64,000 nt of DNA from Eledone cirrhosa (GCA_964016885.1 OZ024757.1:32178001-32242000), one strand, 5' to 3'. Shown: positions 40,527 to 53,929, numbered from the stretch's first letter. Numbers and translations are program-made. The notes: generated by a model from the letters alone, not told the origin.

Positions 40527-40585
40527 GTGCATGTATGTGTATATATATATATATATATATAATGTGCATGTATGTGTGTGTATAT

Positions 40586-40626
<41 letters not shown>

Positions 40627-40650
40627 ATGTGCATGTATGTGTGTGTATAT

Positions 40651-40691
<41 letters not shown>

Positions 40692-40715
40692 ATGTGCATG
40701 TATGTGTGTGTATAT

Positions 40716-40756
<41 letters not shown>

Positions 40757-40811
40757 ATGTGCATGTATGTGTGTATATATATATATAATGTGCATGTATG
40801 TGTGTGTATAT

Positions 40812-40852
<41 letters not shown>

Positions 40853-40911
40853 ATGTGCATGTATGTGTATATATATATATATATATATATAATGTGCATG
40901 TATGTGTATAT

Positions 40912-40957
<46 letters not shown>
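40480..40957. repeat. Higher-order repeat TAATGTGCATGTATGTG-(TA)n
   Basis: About 8 copies of the core separated by variable (TA)n. Confidence 0.85.
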
Positions 40958-40960
<3 letters not shown>

Positions 40961-41117
40961 TCGTACACGCGAACAAATTAATGTTTCATGGTCTAACAAT
41001 CTTACATAAGTGAAAGCTATGTATGTCAGCCTTGTGGTTACACATACATGCACACACGTGTATATATATATATATATATACAGATATCCCCAAAAATGTA
41101 TATACACTTCAACCGTA

Positions 41118-41155
<38 letters not shown>

Positions 41156-41158
<3 letters not shown>

Positions 41159-41183
41159 GGAAAAGAGTCAGGACCAGAGTACT

Positions 41184-41231
<48 letters not shown>

Positions 41232-41455
41232 GGAAAAGAGTCAGGACCAGAGTACTCAATACTTAGGGTAGTAGAGAGGGTAATAGGAAAAGAGTCAGGA
41301 CTGTCGTTTCGACAGCTAGATCCGAACTCTGTCGAGACGGCCGGAGCTCAGCCGTCGGGGGTCCTGACTCTTTTCCTATTACCCACTCTACTACTCTAAG
41401 TATTTAGTACTCTTGTGCGTTATGGTCCACCTGGTTTCTTACCACATCCACTTTG
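41156..41455. mobile_element. Family A pLTR remnant with multiple inverted restarts
   Basis: Three ATAGGAAAAGAGTCAGGAC starts, an inverted tail segment, then the direct GACGGCCGGAGCTCAGCCGTCGGGGGTCC + tail. Confidence 0.65.
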
Positions 41456-41934
41456 ATATATATAGTGAAAGAGTAAAGAATAACGTGGTCGGCTGTACAA
41501 AGAACACCGTACGTTAAAACTATCCTCAACACAGAGTACTGACAAACTCTAACTGGATTAGCTCCAACGATACCTTGTTATCATATATATATAAGGGGAG
41601 TAGTAGTGATGTTTTACTAGCTTGTTCAGTGGAGTAGGAGCAGAGACCGTTCTAAAGAAGCACCAAAGAAACTTCCTGTGAGATGCAACCCCAACGTAAT
41701 GTCCCACAAAATTCATCGTGAATTACAGGTAGTCTATCCGACCGGATTCGAAGCCGTTCCATCAACCTTATTTCACTCCTAGGGCTTGGGTTAACCCGAA
41801 GCTATTATAAATGACCTTTTTCCAAACATGCTGTGCAATTATAGCGAATCCAGGATGTAAAATATGATTACGAAGCCAACTCCTTAAGCATTCGGTCTTG
41901 CCATGTTTACAAAACCTAATGGACTTAATTACTT

Positions 41935-42225
41935 AATCGATCGAATCAATCAACAAGATCCCATCATTCGCCTATCGAGCGGGGGGTTGGAACTCATTAA
42001 ATCGGATCAAGGAAACAATGTTTCCATTCGGACCAAGGAAACAATGTTTCCATTGGTCGTTCCATTGCTGATACAATCTACCGATCGTAACTCCTGACAG
42101 AAAGAGCGACGTGAGATAAAGTGCCTTGCTCAAGGATGAAACGCATCAATCGGTCCGGGAATTGAACTCGCAACCTCACGAATGCGATTCCAAATCTCTA
42201 CCCACTAAATCACACGCATTCGCCA
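41935..42225 (-). mobile_element. tRNA-derived SINE (family 4); + strand relative at ~44140-44405
   Basis: Shared TGGAAACATTGTTTCCT..TCCGATTT.A.GAG.TCCA.CCCC..TGGGATCTTG and CCTTGAGCAAG.CACTTTAT. Confidence 0.6.
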
Positions 42226-42266
42226 CTACCATCTTAATAACATGTTGCTTTTTTTGTATTCGTTAG

Positions 42267-42305
42267 TGTTTACAAGTATTTATAAATGCAACTTGTATGG
42301 AAAAC
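42267..42305 (+). CDS. Probable 39-nt micro-exon of the CAP-domain gene
   Basis: Acceptor TTTTTTTGTATTCGTTAG, donor AAC|GTAAGT; open in phase 1-1 (FTSIYKCNLYGK-P), matching the phase of the next exon. Confidence 0.45.
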
Positions 42306-42539
42306 GTAAGTGCATGCTTAACAGTGCTGTATTGCACCCGCTGCAGATTACTGCAGTATTTATTTTGCAATTACACACTTGAAATGTTATTTAACACTAA
42401 CATGCATTCAGTGCAAAGTGCAGCCACGATTACAGCAAACAGGCAGGAAATTGTTATAGCTTTATGTAAGATGAGATTGTCTGGGAGAAAGGCAGCTCAC
42501 ACTTACAGGCACTAATGCAAAACATGTGTGTGTACGTCT

Positions 42540-43085
42540 TTATATATATGTATATATATGTATATATATATATGTATACATATATTTATGTATATATATA
42601 TGTATACATATATTTATGTATATATATATGTGTATGTATTTATGTATATATATATATATATTTATGTATATATATATGTGTATGTATTTATGTATATATA
42701 TATATTTATGTATATATATATGTGTATGTATTTATGTATATATATATATTTATGTATATATATATGTGTATGTATTTATGTATATATATATATTTATTTA
42801 TGTATATATATATGTGTATGTATTTATGTATATATATATATTTATGTATATATATATGTGTATGTATTTATGTATATATATATATTTATGTATATATATA
42901 TGTGTATGTATTTATGTATATATATATATTTATGTATATATATATGTGTATGTATTTATGTATATATATAAAGTATAGATTTATGTATATTTATGTATAT
43001 ATATGTATATATATATAAAGCATAGATTTATGTATATTTATGTATATATGTATACATTTAAGTATATATTTATGTATATATATAT
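42540..43085. repeat. TA/TG compound minisatellite (~44-bp higher-order unit)
   Basis: TTTATGTATATATATATGTGTATGTATTTATGTATATATATATA repeated. Confidence 0.85.
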
Positions 43086-43109
43086 ATAGGCATACACACA
43101 AACATAGAG

Positions 43110-43147
<38 letters not shown>

Positions 43148-43612
43148 ATAGAGGGTTGGAGAGAGGCAGACGCACATGAACCTTGACTACACTATTTGTT
43201 CATCTAAGTATTATATTTAATTACTGAGTGTGCTCAACGAATCAACAGGTAGTCGGGGCTATGAATAGATAAACTGGAAGAATGGACCTCAAATACACCA
43301 CATAACGAAAATATGGGATGTTCACCACGCGCTATCACATGGGACATCTCTCTCTCTCTCACTATCTATCTATCTATCTCTCTCTCTTTCTCTCTCTTTC
43401 TCTCTCTCTCTGTATATATATGAGTCAAACGACACAGAACGTTAAAACTATCCTCAAACGATATCTTGTTAACTTATATCTATATCTATATATATATATA
43501 TATGGACTTCTGTTATCGTATAACAGAAGTCCTACGAACTTTGAGCTGATTAATCGCGAAATGCGCGACACGACTCAATAAACGTTATAAAAACCTAACA
43601 CCTAGTCCTTTT

Positions 43613-43661
<49 letters not shown>

Positions 43662-44434
43662 TATTGATTAATACGTAAAGTAATTAATCATATTGTCTGC
43701 TAAAAGTATAGGTTAATCAAAGTGCTACAGCTAATCATTATTAGAACCTAAACGAGGTTGACTTTACCTTTCATCCTTACGGGGTCGATAAAATAAAGTA
43801 CCAGTAATGCACTGGGTAATTGCTGGCCTCGTGCCAAAAGTAGAAACAATTATTAGAACCTAAAGTTAGCTCCAGCAATATAAATTAAAAAAAAACTCAT
43901 TAGGAGCAGTAGCATAAAAATGCAAGGGTAAGATATTATCTAGAAAAATGTATCCACATTATGAATATTTGTACGAATTATACTGGCGGAATGGTATAAG
44001 ATGATCTGAGAGAAAAGATGTTATAAGATCGATTCCTGCCATTCACATACATACCAACATATACACATTTAAATGAAAGGGGGCCTTAGTAGGGAAAACC
44101 TTAAGACCCCCTGTCCTTAATAGATAACGATAACGCCGAGTGTTAGTGTCGGATTTCGAGGGTCGGCTGAAATGTTCATAGGTTGAATTGGATTCGTAAA
44201 CATAAGGTTGTGATTTCGATTCCCAGACCAGGCGACGCATTATGTCCTTGAGCAAGACACTTTATTTCATGTAGCTCCTTCTGCCTGGATTTGCGACCGA
44301 TAGATAGTATTAGCAAATGGAAACATTGTTTCCTCTGTCCGATTTGACGAGCTCCACCCCACTCAATATGTGAATGAGGTCTGGGATCTTGTCAATCGAC
44401 TGTGATATCTGTTTATAACTAGTCTCTATCTGAC

Positions 44435-44632
44435 TATGAGGGCTGGCTAAAACGTTGATAGGCTGACCAAGATACCCTCATGGAATGATCAAATGAGGTT
44501 TAATTTTCAACATAGTCCCAGGAAAAAAATGCAGTTATCAATAAGAAGATTTGAAATGAATGCATGCTAGATTTCACAGCCTAGCATCACTCCTTCATAG
44601 TCAGCCTGTAAACTTCTCAGCCGACCCTCGTA
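44435..44632. mobile_element. Mariner-like MITE (second copy ~54957-55178)
   Basis: TA-flanked ~30-bp TIRs TGAGGGCTGGCTAAAACGTTGATAGGCTGAC / GTCAGCCTGTAAACTTCTCAGCCGACCCTCG. Confidence 0.75.
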
Positions 44633-44684
44633 CTGTGACAACCCTGCTTATTTATTTTACTTCATTTTATATTTTTAATCGCAG

Positions 44685-44846
44685 CTTCGCAAATATTTCA
44701 ACAAGATGTGTTGGAAGCTCAGAACACCTACAGACAGAATCACGGCTGCCCAGAGATGGCAACTTCGGCGGAATTATGTCGAGAAGCTCAATCTTGGGCT
44801 GATTCTATAGCAGAGAAAGGTTACATCCAATATAGTGAAGCTTCTG
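44685..44846 (+). CDS. GAPR-1/GLIPR2-like CAP (SCP) domain protein, internal exon
   Basis: Pyrimidine-rich acceptor ..TCGCAG, donor CTG|GTAAGT, 162 nt, phase 1-1. SQIFQQDVLEAQNTYRQNHGCPEMATSAELCREAQSWADSIAEKGYIQYSEAS parallels the GAPR-1 N-terminal half. Not in the ORF track. Confidence 0.88.
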
Positions 44847-44881
44847 GTAAGTAAGGGCCCTTCAATTATTTTGAGTGTGTT

Positions 44882-45157
44882 GTGGAGGCACATGGCCTAG
44901 TGGTAAGGGTGTTGGACTTACGATCATAATGTCGTGGATTCGATTCCTGGGCTGGTTTGCGTGTTGTGTTCTTCAGCAAAACACTTTTCACGTTTTTCTA
45001 TATACTCAAAATGAGTACCAGCAATAGCTGTGGGTTTAACTCTGCGATGGAGTGGCGTCCTGTCCAGGGGGAGTCTTGTACTCTCAGTCGCTTCATGCCA
45101 CGGAAAACGGGATAAACAATAGCCTAATGAGCCTCTGGGTTCGAGACAAACTTTAGA
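44882..45157 (+). mobile_element. tRNA-derived SINE (family 2, V-domain-like body)
   Basis: A box TGGCCTAGTGG, B box GATTCGATTCC, body TGCGATGGAGTGGCGTCCTGTCCAGGG; minus-strand copies at 52063-52327 and 54403-54668. Confidence 0.75.
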
Positions 45158-45233
45158 GGTTTTTTAGCATATGGTCTGGTGGAATCTGTGTGTGTGTGGG
45201 GGTGGGGGTGGGGTGGTGGTGGTGCGTGTGAAA

Positions 45234-45660
45234 AATGGTTATTTGGCAGAGTCATTAGAGTACAGGATTTAATACCTTGCAGATTTGATCTGGTTCTGTG
45301 TATTCTGATTCCAAATTCCGCCGAGATCAGCTTTAACTTTCATCCTATTGGCATCAATAAAATAAAGTACCAATCAAGTGCAAAGATCGAAGTGCTACGA
45401 TCAATTTAATCTACTCACCCACCCACCTGCCAAGAAAGTGCTGGCATTGTGCAAATGTTAGAAAGAATTGTAAATAAAATAAAGTACCAGTCAAGTACTG
45501 GGGCCGATATAATCGACTTTCCTTGTTACACAAATTGCTGGCCTTGTGCCCAAAACACAAAGGATTGTTATTATTGATAATTTGTCGAGGTCGATAAAAT
45601 ATAGTACCAGTAACGCACTGGGTAATTGCTGGCCTTGTGCCAAAAGTAGAAACAATTATT
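45234..45660 (+). mobile_element. Cluster of family 1 SINE copies and fragments
   Basis: Three successive TAAAATA(A)AGTACCA..GCTGGC.TTGTGC blocks. Confidence 0.7.
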
Positions 45661-45689
45661 GGTAATTTGTTGTTTGTGTATTTGAACAG

Positions 45690-45812
45690 GTGTCGGTGAA
45701 AATATTGGCTTTTTGGAATTAAATGGTAAGACACCATCGGGCAAAGATTTGGTGAAAGGATGGTATGAAGAAATTCGCAACTACGATTTTGACAAACCAA
45801 AATGGCGTAAAG
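45690..45812 (+). CDS. GAPR-1/GLIPR2-like CAP protein, internal exon
   Basis: Acceptor ..TTGAACAG, donor AAG|GTAGGT, 123 nt, phase 1-1; GVGENIGFLELNGKTPSGKDLVKGWYEEIRNYDFDKPKWRK (GEN and WYxE motifs). Confidence 0.9.
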
Positions 45813-45902
45813 GTAGGTTTGTGTTCGCAACACGCAATATTCTTTTTACGGCTTCGACCTCTAATCTACCTTAATACTAATAAGAATTATTAGTATTTCT
45901 AG

Positions 45903-45966
<64 letters not shown>

Positions 45967-46011
45967 TGGTCGTTTAACGTTCATCTACCACACTAGCATG
46001 GGTTAGACGGT

Positions 46012-46065
<54 letters not shown>

Positions 46066-46067
<2 letters not shown>

Positions 46068-46535
46068 AAAATGTGTGAGATCCTTGGTACAGTTAGGTAT
46101 ATTTGAAAAAAAGGTAAAGAATGACTTCACTTGTAGTGTTAAAAAATTTGATTTAATTTTATATTATAATATTATAAGTTGGTAGATCTAGTAAGTTCTT
46201 TGTTAACTTCGGTGGGAAGAATTTTAAAGATTCCTGGTTAACTTTGGTTGGAGAACTTTCTTGCATTCGTCTGTGGCGACTGTCAAACTAAGATCAAGTT
46301 GTGTTGAGATGTATAGTCACACATCTCAACACAACCTGATCTCTTTTTGACAATCGCCACAGACGAATGCGAGAAAGTTCTCCAACCAAATTTAACCAGG
46401 AATCTTTAAAACTCTTCCCACCGAAGTTAACAAAGAACTTACTAGATCTACCAACTCATAATATTATAATATTATAATATAAAATTAAATCAAATTTTTT
46501 AACACTACAAGTGAAGTCATTCTTTGCCTTTTTTT

Positions 46536-46543
<8 letters not shown>
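46066..46543. mobile_element. ~445-bp palindrome with 32-nt unpaired tail, in (TA)n (family D)
   Basis: 46098-46312 is the reverse complement of 46321-46543, with an 8-nt loop; tail at 46066-46097. Confidence 0.7.
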
Positions 46544-46572
<29 letters not shown>

Positions 46573-46589
46573 GAGAATGTCTGTCTGTC

Positions 46590-47130
46590 TGTCTGGAAAG
46601 TTCAGAGTATCCAGGAACATATCCTGCAGGCCATGTCAACTTTGCTGTTTATACGAGTGGTCCAGTTTATCAACAATTGCTCCCAGGTCCCTGATGTTGG
46701 ATGCCACGAGAGTTTCACCTGAGGGAAGGAAATATGAGAGTTTCAGTGCATCCTATTTTTCAAAGTGGATTAATTCGAAAAATATCCTCGTTCAGCAGTA
46801 TACTACTTTTTTTCAGCCTATTGGAAACACTTGATCCATCCATTGCAGTAACTTTCTAGAGACACTAATGTTGGATAGTTTTTTTCAGTAGAATGTTGTG
46901 GTCAACCCTGTCAAAGACCTTGCTGAAATCAAGGTATATGACATTAATGTTGAAGCCCTCTCCCAAAGCTCTTAAAATGTCATCAAAGTGATGCAAAAGC
47001 TGCATTAGGCAGTCCATTCTATTAAGGAATCCATGTTGCTTGGAGTTCAGCAGTCTGTTGCTTTCAAGGAGGTGAGTTATTGTGATCTCACCACCCTCTC
47101 AAATACATTAATGATATGAGAGTCAAGCAC
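46590..47130 (-). pseudogene. Decayed L2/CR1-group LINE reverse transcriptase fragment
   Basis: The minus strand reads LGEGFNINVIYLDFSKVFDRVDHNILLKKLSNISVSRKLLQW (RT motif A, LDFSKAFD type). Confidence 0.75.
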
Positions 47131-47159
47131 ATGGCATATATTATTAGTTTAATAAGTGG

Positions 47160-47358
47160 ATGGTTGTTTAGTTGTTGATTGTCATCAAGGTTCTTTCGTC
47201 AAACATTCTAACTTAATTATAATGATATATTGAAGTGAAACCAATAGGTGCGTGCGCGTGTGTTTTAATGGCAGCATGACCTTCCCAAGGTATAACAATA
47301 TATGTTTAAACACGTTTTCAGATTAAAATGATCTTGCAAAACAAATACAAAAACGAAG
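47160..47358. mobile_element. Family B remnant
   Basis: GTTCTTTCGTC (inverted) plus GTGCGTG..CATGACCTTCCCAAGGTATAAC..TTTTCAGAT..ATCTTGC tail, as at 29794-29898. Confidence 0.55.
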
Positions 47359-47468
47359 TCTCTCTCTCTCTCCTCTTTCTCTCTCTCTTTCGCTCTTTCT
47401 CTCTTTCTCTCTCTGACACACACACACACACACACATATACATATATTCATAAATACGTACACATATA

Positions 47469-47505
<37 letters not shown>

Positions 47506-47551
47506 TAAATACATACACATATAATATATATATATATTCATAAATACATAC

Positions 47552-47595
<44 letters not shown>

Positions 47596-47938
47596 TAAAT
47601 ACATACACATATAATATATATACATACACATATAATATAAATATATAACATAACATAAGTCATCACAGCTTATAATAGAGAAGAGCAAAGATAGAGTTGG
47701 CTATCATGTATAAAAATTCTATCAATGAAATAGTTTGTTTTTCATCTTTCTACGATAAACTAACTGCCTCTAGTTGTATTATAGCTTATATAAACACATA
47801 AACTGCCATGTTTAGTTTAACACTATACCCAATGTAATGAATGTGTTCTTTATTTATGATAATACAAATAAACTTCTTTCTTTTTATTTATTAGCTCTAA
47901 ACTATAAACACACTAAGTGGTTTTCTGTTGGCTATCTG

Positions 47939-47970
<32 letters not shown>

Positions 47971-47975
<5 letters not shown>

Positions 47976-48163
47976 AAAATGTTTGATCCCGACGGCAGAG
48001 CTCAAACCGTTTCGACGGCTATTTCTGGTCCAGAAATAGCCGTCGAAACGGCTTGAGCTCTACCGTCGGGGTCAAACATTTTCCTATTACCCATTCTACT
48101 ACCCTAAGTATTGAGGACTCTGGTGCGTTATGGTCCATCTGGTTCCTCATCAGACTTCCTTCG

Positions 48164-48165
<2 letters not shown>
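47971..48165. mobile_element. Family A remnant: 117-bp hairpin plus ~77-nt tail in (TA)n
   Basis: 47971-48028 is the reverse complement of 48030-48087. Confidence 0.75.
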
Positions 48166-48206
<41 letters not shown>

Positions 48207-48461
48207 CACAGTGGGTCCCCCCCAAAAAAATGAATACACACTTCAACAGCATTCTAATCAAAGTGTGTATACATTTTTTGGACACCCTATATAAATGTGT
48301 GTGTATGTGTGCGTGTGTATGTATGTATGTGTGTATATATATGTGTGTGTATATATATATATGTGTGTGTGTATATATGTATGTATGTGTGTGTATATAT
48401 ATATGTGTGTATATATATATATATGTGTGTATATATATATATATATGTGTATATATATATA

Positions 48462-48492
<31 letters not shown>

Positions 48493-48731
48493 GTGTATAT
48501 ATATATATATATATGTGTGTATATATATATATATGTGTATATATATATATATATATGTGTGTATATATATATATATGTGTGTATATATATATATATGTGT
48601 GTATATATATATATATATGTGTAATTATATATATATATATGTGTATATATATATATATATGTGTGTATATATATATATATATGTGTGTATATATATATAT
48701 ATATGTGTGTATATATATATATATATGTGTG

Positions 48732-48780
<49 letters not shown>

Positions 48781-49426
48781 GTATGTATATATGTATGTAT
48801 GTATATATGTGTGTCTGTGTATATATATGTATATATGTATGTGTGTGTGTATATATATATATGTATGTATATATGTATGTGTGTGTGTATATATATATAT
48901 GTATGTATATATGTATGTGTGTGTGTATATATATATATATGTATATATGTGTGTGTGTGTGTATATATATATATATGTATGTATTTATAACGTATATAGT
49001 ATTAATGCAGAAAACAGATTCATTCAATTTAGTTTTCCTAAGTAATAAATAATGGTATTGTATCAGACCAACAAATTAATTATCTGATGTCTGTAGCTTC
49101 TTTATGTGGATTTAATCTTAAATCTATTACGTTTTAATTAAAAATCTATTTGAATTCCGTTTCTATGTGCTTATCAAATTCTTTATTTGGTAAACGGATG
49201 TTCATTTAGTAATGTAACCGTTAATATCAACATAATCTTGTTAGAATCAGCCTCAGTCAGTCTCGACGATGAGCGTTTCAGTTGTTCGATCAGCAGGACA
49301 GCCTGCCCATAGAATTAATGTGTAAGTGGCTGAGCATTCCACAGACACGTTCACCCTTAACATATATCCCTGGGAAATTCAGTGTAACACTGTGTGTGAC
49401 GAGGCTGGCCTTTGAATTACAAATAA

Positions 49427-49817
49427 TGTTTCTACTTTTGGCACAAGGCCAGTAATTACCCCAGTGTATTACTGGTACTTTATTTTATCGACCCCCGTAA
49501 GGATGAAAGGCAAAGTTAACGTCGGCGGGATTTGAACTCAGACCGTAAAGGGGCGTAACTCTATACTACAAAGCATGGTGTCTGACCCTCTACCGATACT
49601 GCCAACCCTTCTCTGCCAATCCATAAATAATTGTTTCTACTTTAGGCACAAGGCCAGCAATTACCCAGTGCATTACTGGTACTTTATTTTATCGACCCCG
49701 TAAGGATGAAAGGCAAAGTTAACCTCGGCGGAATTTGAACTCAGATCGTAAAGGGACGTAACTATGCTGGAAAGCATGGCGTCCGACCCTCTACCGATAC
49801 TGCCAATCCACCGCCCT
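49427..49817 (-). mobile_element. Two tandem family 1 SINEs
   Basis: Two consecutive reverse-complement copies (49427-49620, 49630-49817). Confidence 0.8.
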
Positions 49818-50243
49818 ATCCATAAATAATGCCAATCCATAAATAATATCCACATGTCAGACTTTCAAACTGTTTCCCTTAACCTAATTTCACCCATAAT
49901 GTATAGATCGATCCTCTCTGTGGTAAATGACATTTGCTCAAGATATGCCGCAGTTGGGTCGAACCAAGCCTATGGTAACGTGGTGGGATCGAACCGAGGA
50001 CCTTATGATTGAGAACCGAATTTCTTAACCATTCGGCCATGTTGCCTGTATTATAAATTATACTTAATTCAACATGGCCTTGAGGTACAGACTGTGTCAC
50101 TGACCTTGGTTTATAACATATGATTGACTATTATGAATGGGTAATGTTTAACATGTAACTAATTATGTAAAGCTACACACATATACAGACACACACATGC
50201 AGACACATGCAGACACATGCAGACACAAGCACAAGCACACACA

Positions 50244-50317
<74 letters not shown>

Positions 50318-50745
50318 TGCAGACACACATACCCACATAGTCAATCCTGTGTGTTCAGGTGGCTATGTTTAACATATAACTAAGTATGTATACACAGACA
50401 GACACATAGACATATACATACTCACACACATATACTACAAAGACACGCACAGGCTCATACAGACTCATAGACAAACATAGACACACACACACACTGACAC
50501 ACAATGTCATGACATTCTACTATTTAACATAGAACTAATTAAATATAACTACACACACACCCAGACAGACAGACAGACTCACACACACACTTACACATAG
50601 ACAGAGACACACACACACTAAGACAGGGACACACACTCAGACAGAGACACACACACACATACACACACACACACACAGGGACACATACACAGACACACAC
50701 ACACACACTCAGACACACACACATACTCAGACAGACACACACACA

Positions 50746-50802
<57 letters not shown>

Positions 50803-51486
50803 ACACTCACAATGTCATGTCAGTATGTACACGATACTGTTTAACATATGACTAATTAAATAGAATTACACACACACACTTTCTCTCTCTCACTCTCTCT
50901 TTCACCCTCACTCACTCTCTCACTCTCTCTCTTTTTCACCCTCACTCACTCTCTCTCTCTCTTTCACCCTCACTCTCTCTCTTTCACCCTCACTCACTCA
51001 CTCTCTCTCTCTCTTTCACCCTCACTCACTCTCTTTCTGTCTCTCTCTCTCCCTCCCTCTCTCTCACAGACTCACACACGTTATAGACGTATGTTTTGGA
51101 TTGGCCATTGCTGGGCGTGCTTCACACAATGTGGTCAATTGTTCCTTCCTTACCAATTTCTCTGTTGGAGAGTCATATTTCCAGACAATGAAAGCATGTG
51201 GCTTAGTGGTTAGACTGCTCGTCTTATACTCGTAATACCGTGAGTACAGTTCTCCACGGTACATGGTGACCTTGAGCATGGCGTATTATTTCACGTTGTT
51301 TCACTTCACCCAGCTGCCAAGTGGCCGTCCCGGCCTTCCTACCGTACATATATCCTACATAACCCCACCACACACACGTGTATATATATATTTTGCATTA
51401 CAACCCCCCCCCCCCAAAAAAAAAAAAAAAACATATGTAGGTACATAAACGTAGCAAGAAAACGGATGTAAAATAATGATTATACA

Positions 51487-51567
<81 letters not shown>

Positions 51568-51806
51568 ATATACATATATATATATAAATATATATATATG
51601 TGTATATATATATATATATACAGTATATATATATATTAATGTGGGTGGCTCCATTAAAAATTGCAATAATTTTCTCGTTTCTCTATCTATCTTAGTTTTC
51701 CTGTTCATTTAATTAATTTGTTTTTATTGAAATAATTATTTGGGAAGTTGGGATGTTTATACAGATAATTGGTTAGTACACACACACGCACACACACGCA
51801 CATATG

Positions 51807-51847
<41 letters not shown>

Positions 51848-52062
51848 GTAATGATTATAAACGAAGTTACAGCTGCAAGCAGCAGATTCGCATCCGATTC
51901 AATTTCCAAGATTGCCACGAAGAACTCAATGATTAAGAAATTGCTCTTCAGAGTGAACACAAGAAGTTAGGTAATAGTGACACAATGAATAATGCGAAGA
52001 CCAGAGGCCTGTTGCTACATTAATATTACAATATATATATATATACATATATATATTTTAAA

Positions 52063-52327
52063 AAGTCTAAAGTTTGTCTTAAGCCAGAAGGCTCATTTGG
52101 TCGGTGCTTATCCCGGTTTCATGGCGTGAAGCGACTGAGAGTACCCCCCCCCCCCCTGGACAGGACGCCGGTCCATCGCAAGGTTAAACCCCCAGCTTTA
52201 GCTGGTACTCATTTTCAGCTGAGTATACTGGAGCAACGTGAAATGAAGTGTTTTGCTCAAGAACACAACACGCAACCCAGGAATCGAGCCCACGGCATTA
52301 TGATCGTAAGTCCAACACCTTTACCAC
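52063..52327 (-). mobile_element. Family 2 SINE
   Basis: Reverse complement of 44882-45157. Confidence 0.75.
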
Positions 52328-52714
52328 GTAAAATGAGTTATCTGACGTAGGGCTCATAACCCCGCCTTTCATCTTTACGGGGTCGATAAAATAAAGTACC
52401 AGTAATACACTGGGATAATTGCTGGCCTTCTGCCAAAAGTAGAAACAATTATTTTCTATCTAAAGAAAGCTTACTTAAATATTAGTACCCTTGAAATACG
52501 TATAATGAAATAAATATGGTTTTATAAAGTTATTTTCCATTTATTAATATTATTGATATATATATATATATATATATTCATATATAAGGAGCGTGTCTGT
52601 CTGTGTTTGTTTATGTCCTCCACCCGCAAATTTCACTATATTCAATATTTACCGAGGCAGATGTTAGTTTCCTCGTATATTCTAAGGTGTTTCTCATTAT
52701 AATAACTTGTTTCA

Positions 52715-52940
52715 GGGTAGTGGATTGGCAGTATCGGTAGAGGGTCGGACGCCATGCTTAGCAGCATAGAGTGACGGCCCTTTATGATCTGAGATGAAAC
52801 CCCGCCGAGGTTAACTTTGCCTTCCGTCCTTACAGGGTCGATAAAATAAAGTACCAGTCACGCACTGGGGTCGATTTAATCGACTTTCCCCTCCTCCCGC
52901 GAAATTGCTGACCTTGTGCCTATATAAGAAACCATTATAA
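52715..52940 (+). mobile_element. Family 1 SINE, near full length
   Basis: TGGATTGGCAGTATCGGTAGA head, GGGTCGATAAAATAAAGTACCAGT core, GTCGATTTAATCGAC hairpin. Confidence 0.8.
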
Positions 52941-52988
52941 TGATTTGTTTCTCTTTTTCTTTATTTCCTTCTCGTCTCTTTTCTGCAG

Positions 52989-53155
52989 GTTGTCAACACT
53001 TCAGTCAGATGATGTGGAAAAGTACGACAGAGTTTGGTGTAGGCCTGGCCAAAATGAAGAATAGGGACCAATATGTTGTCGTTATACAGTACCGTCCCCC
53101 CGGGAACAGTAATTTACCAGGGGAGTTTAGAAAAAACATACCAGCCCCCAAATAA
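52989..53155 (+). CDS. GAPR-1/GLIPR2-like CAP protein, terminal exon
   Basis: Strong acceptor ..TCTTTTCTGCAG, phase 1; GCQHFSQMMWKSTTEFGVGLAK..YVVVIQYRPPGNSNLPGEFRKNIPAPK* (HFxQxxW and YxPxGN signatures). Confidence 0.92.
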
Positions 53156-53213
53156 GTGCTTGTAAGACAGAGTGAATGACGACATCAGAGAGAGAGAGAA
53201 TGTGAGTGTAAGT

Positions 53214-53251
<38 letters not shown>

Positions 53252-53383
53252 GTCTCTATGTGTATGTGTGTGTAATGAGAGACTACGTGTATGTTCTTTT
53301 TTAAAGCATAAATATGCATCCATGTGTATAATTAAAAGCGAAAGATTATGCCTATGCCAAGAAGATGTAGATATTTTATCTTC

Positions 53384-53389
53384 AATAAA
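53384..53389 (+). promoter_or_regulatory. Candidate polyadenylation signal of the CAP gene
   Basis: AATAAA ~230 nt after the stop codon. Confidence 0.4.
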
Positions 53390-53604
53390 GACAATATGAA
53401 ACCGGCAGGAAACTAGCCGGTAACCATACATAATAATGTTGTGTAATATCGTCCTTTTACCATCTGAGTTCTAATCACAACCAAGTTGACTATGCCTTTT
53501 ATCCTTCCGAGGATCTTTGAAATAAAATAGCAGTCAAATATCAAACTGATTTATTCGAGAACAATCTAATCATTATCCTCAGAATTTGTGGCCTTACGCC
53601 TAAG

Positions 53605-53649
<45 letters not shown>

Positions 53650-53668
53650 CATACATAAATACATAAGA

Positions 53669-53699
<31 letters not shown>

Positions 53700-53730
53700 T
53701 ATACATATATATATATATACATATATATAC

Positions 53731-53929
<199 letters not shown>

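Noticed and set aside
41621-41728. Possible 108-nt exon (LVQWSRSRDRSKEAPKKLPVRCNPNVMSHKIHRELQ)
   Set aside because: Weak splice sites, phase 0 incompatible with the neighbouring phase-1 exons, and no recognisable homology.
44882-44955. tRNA gene
   Set aside because: The A/B boxes belong to a SINE head followed by a SINE body; no complete cloverleaf.
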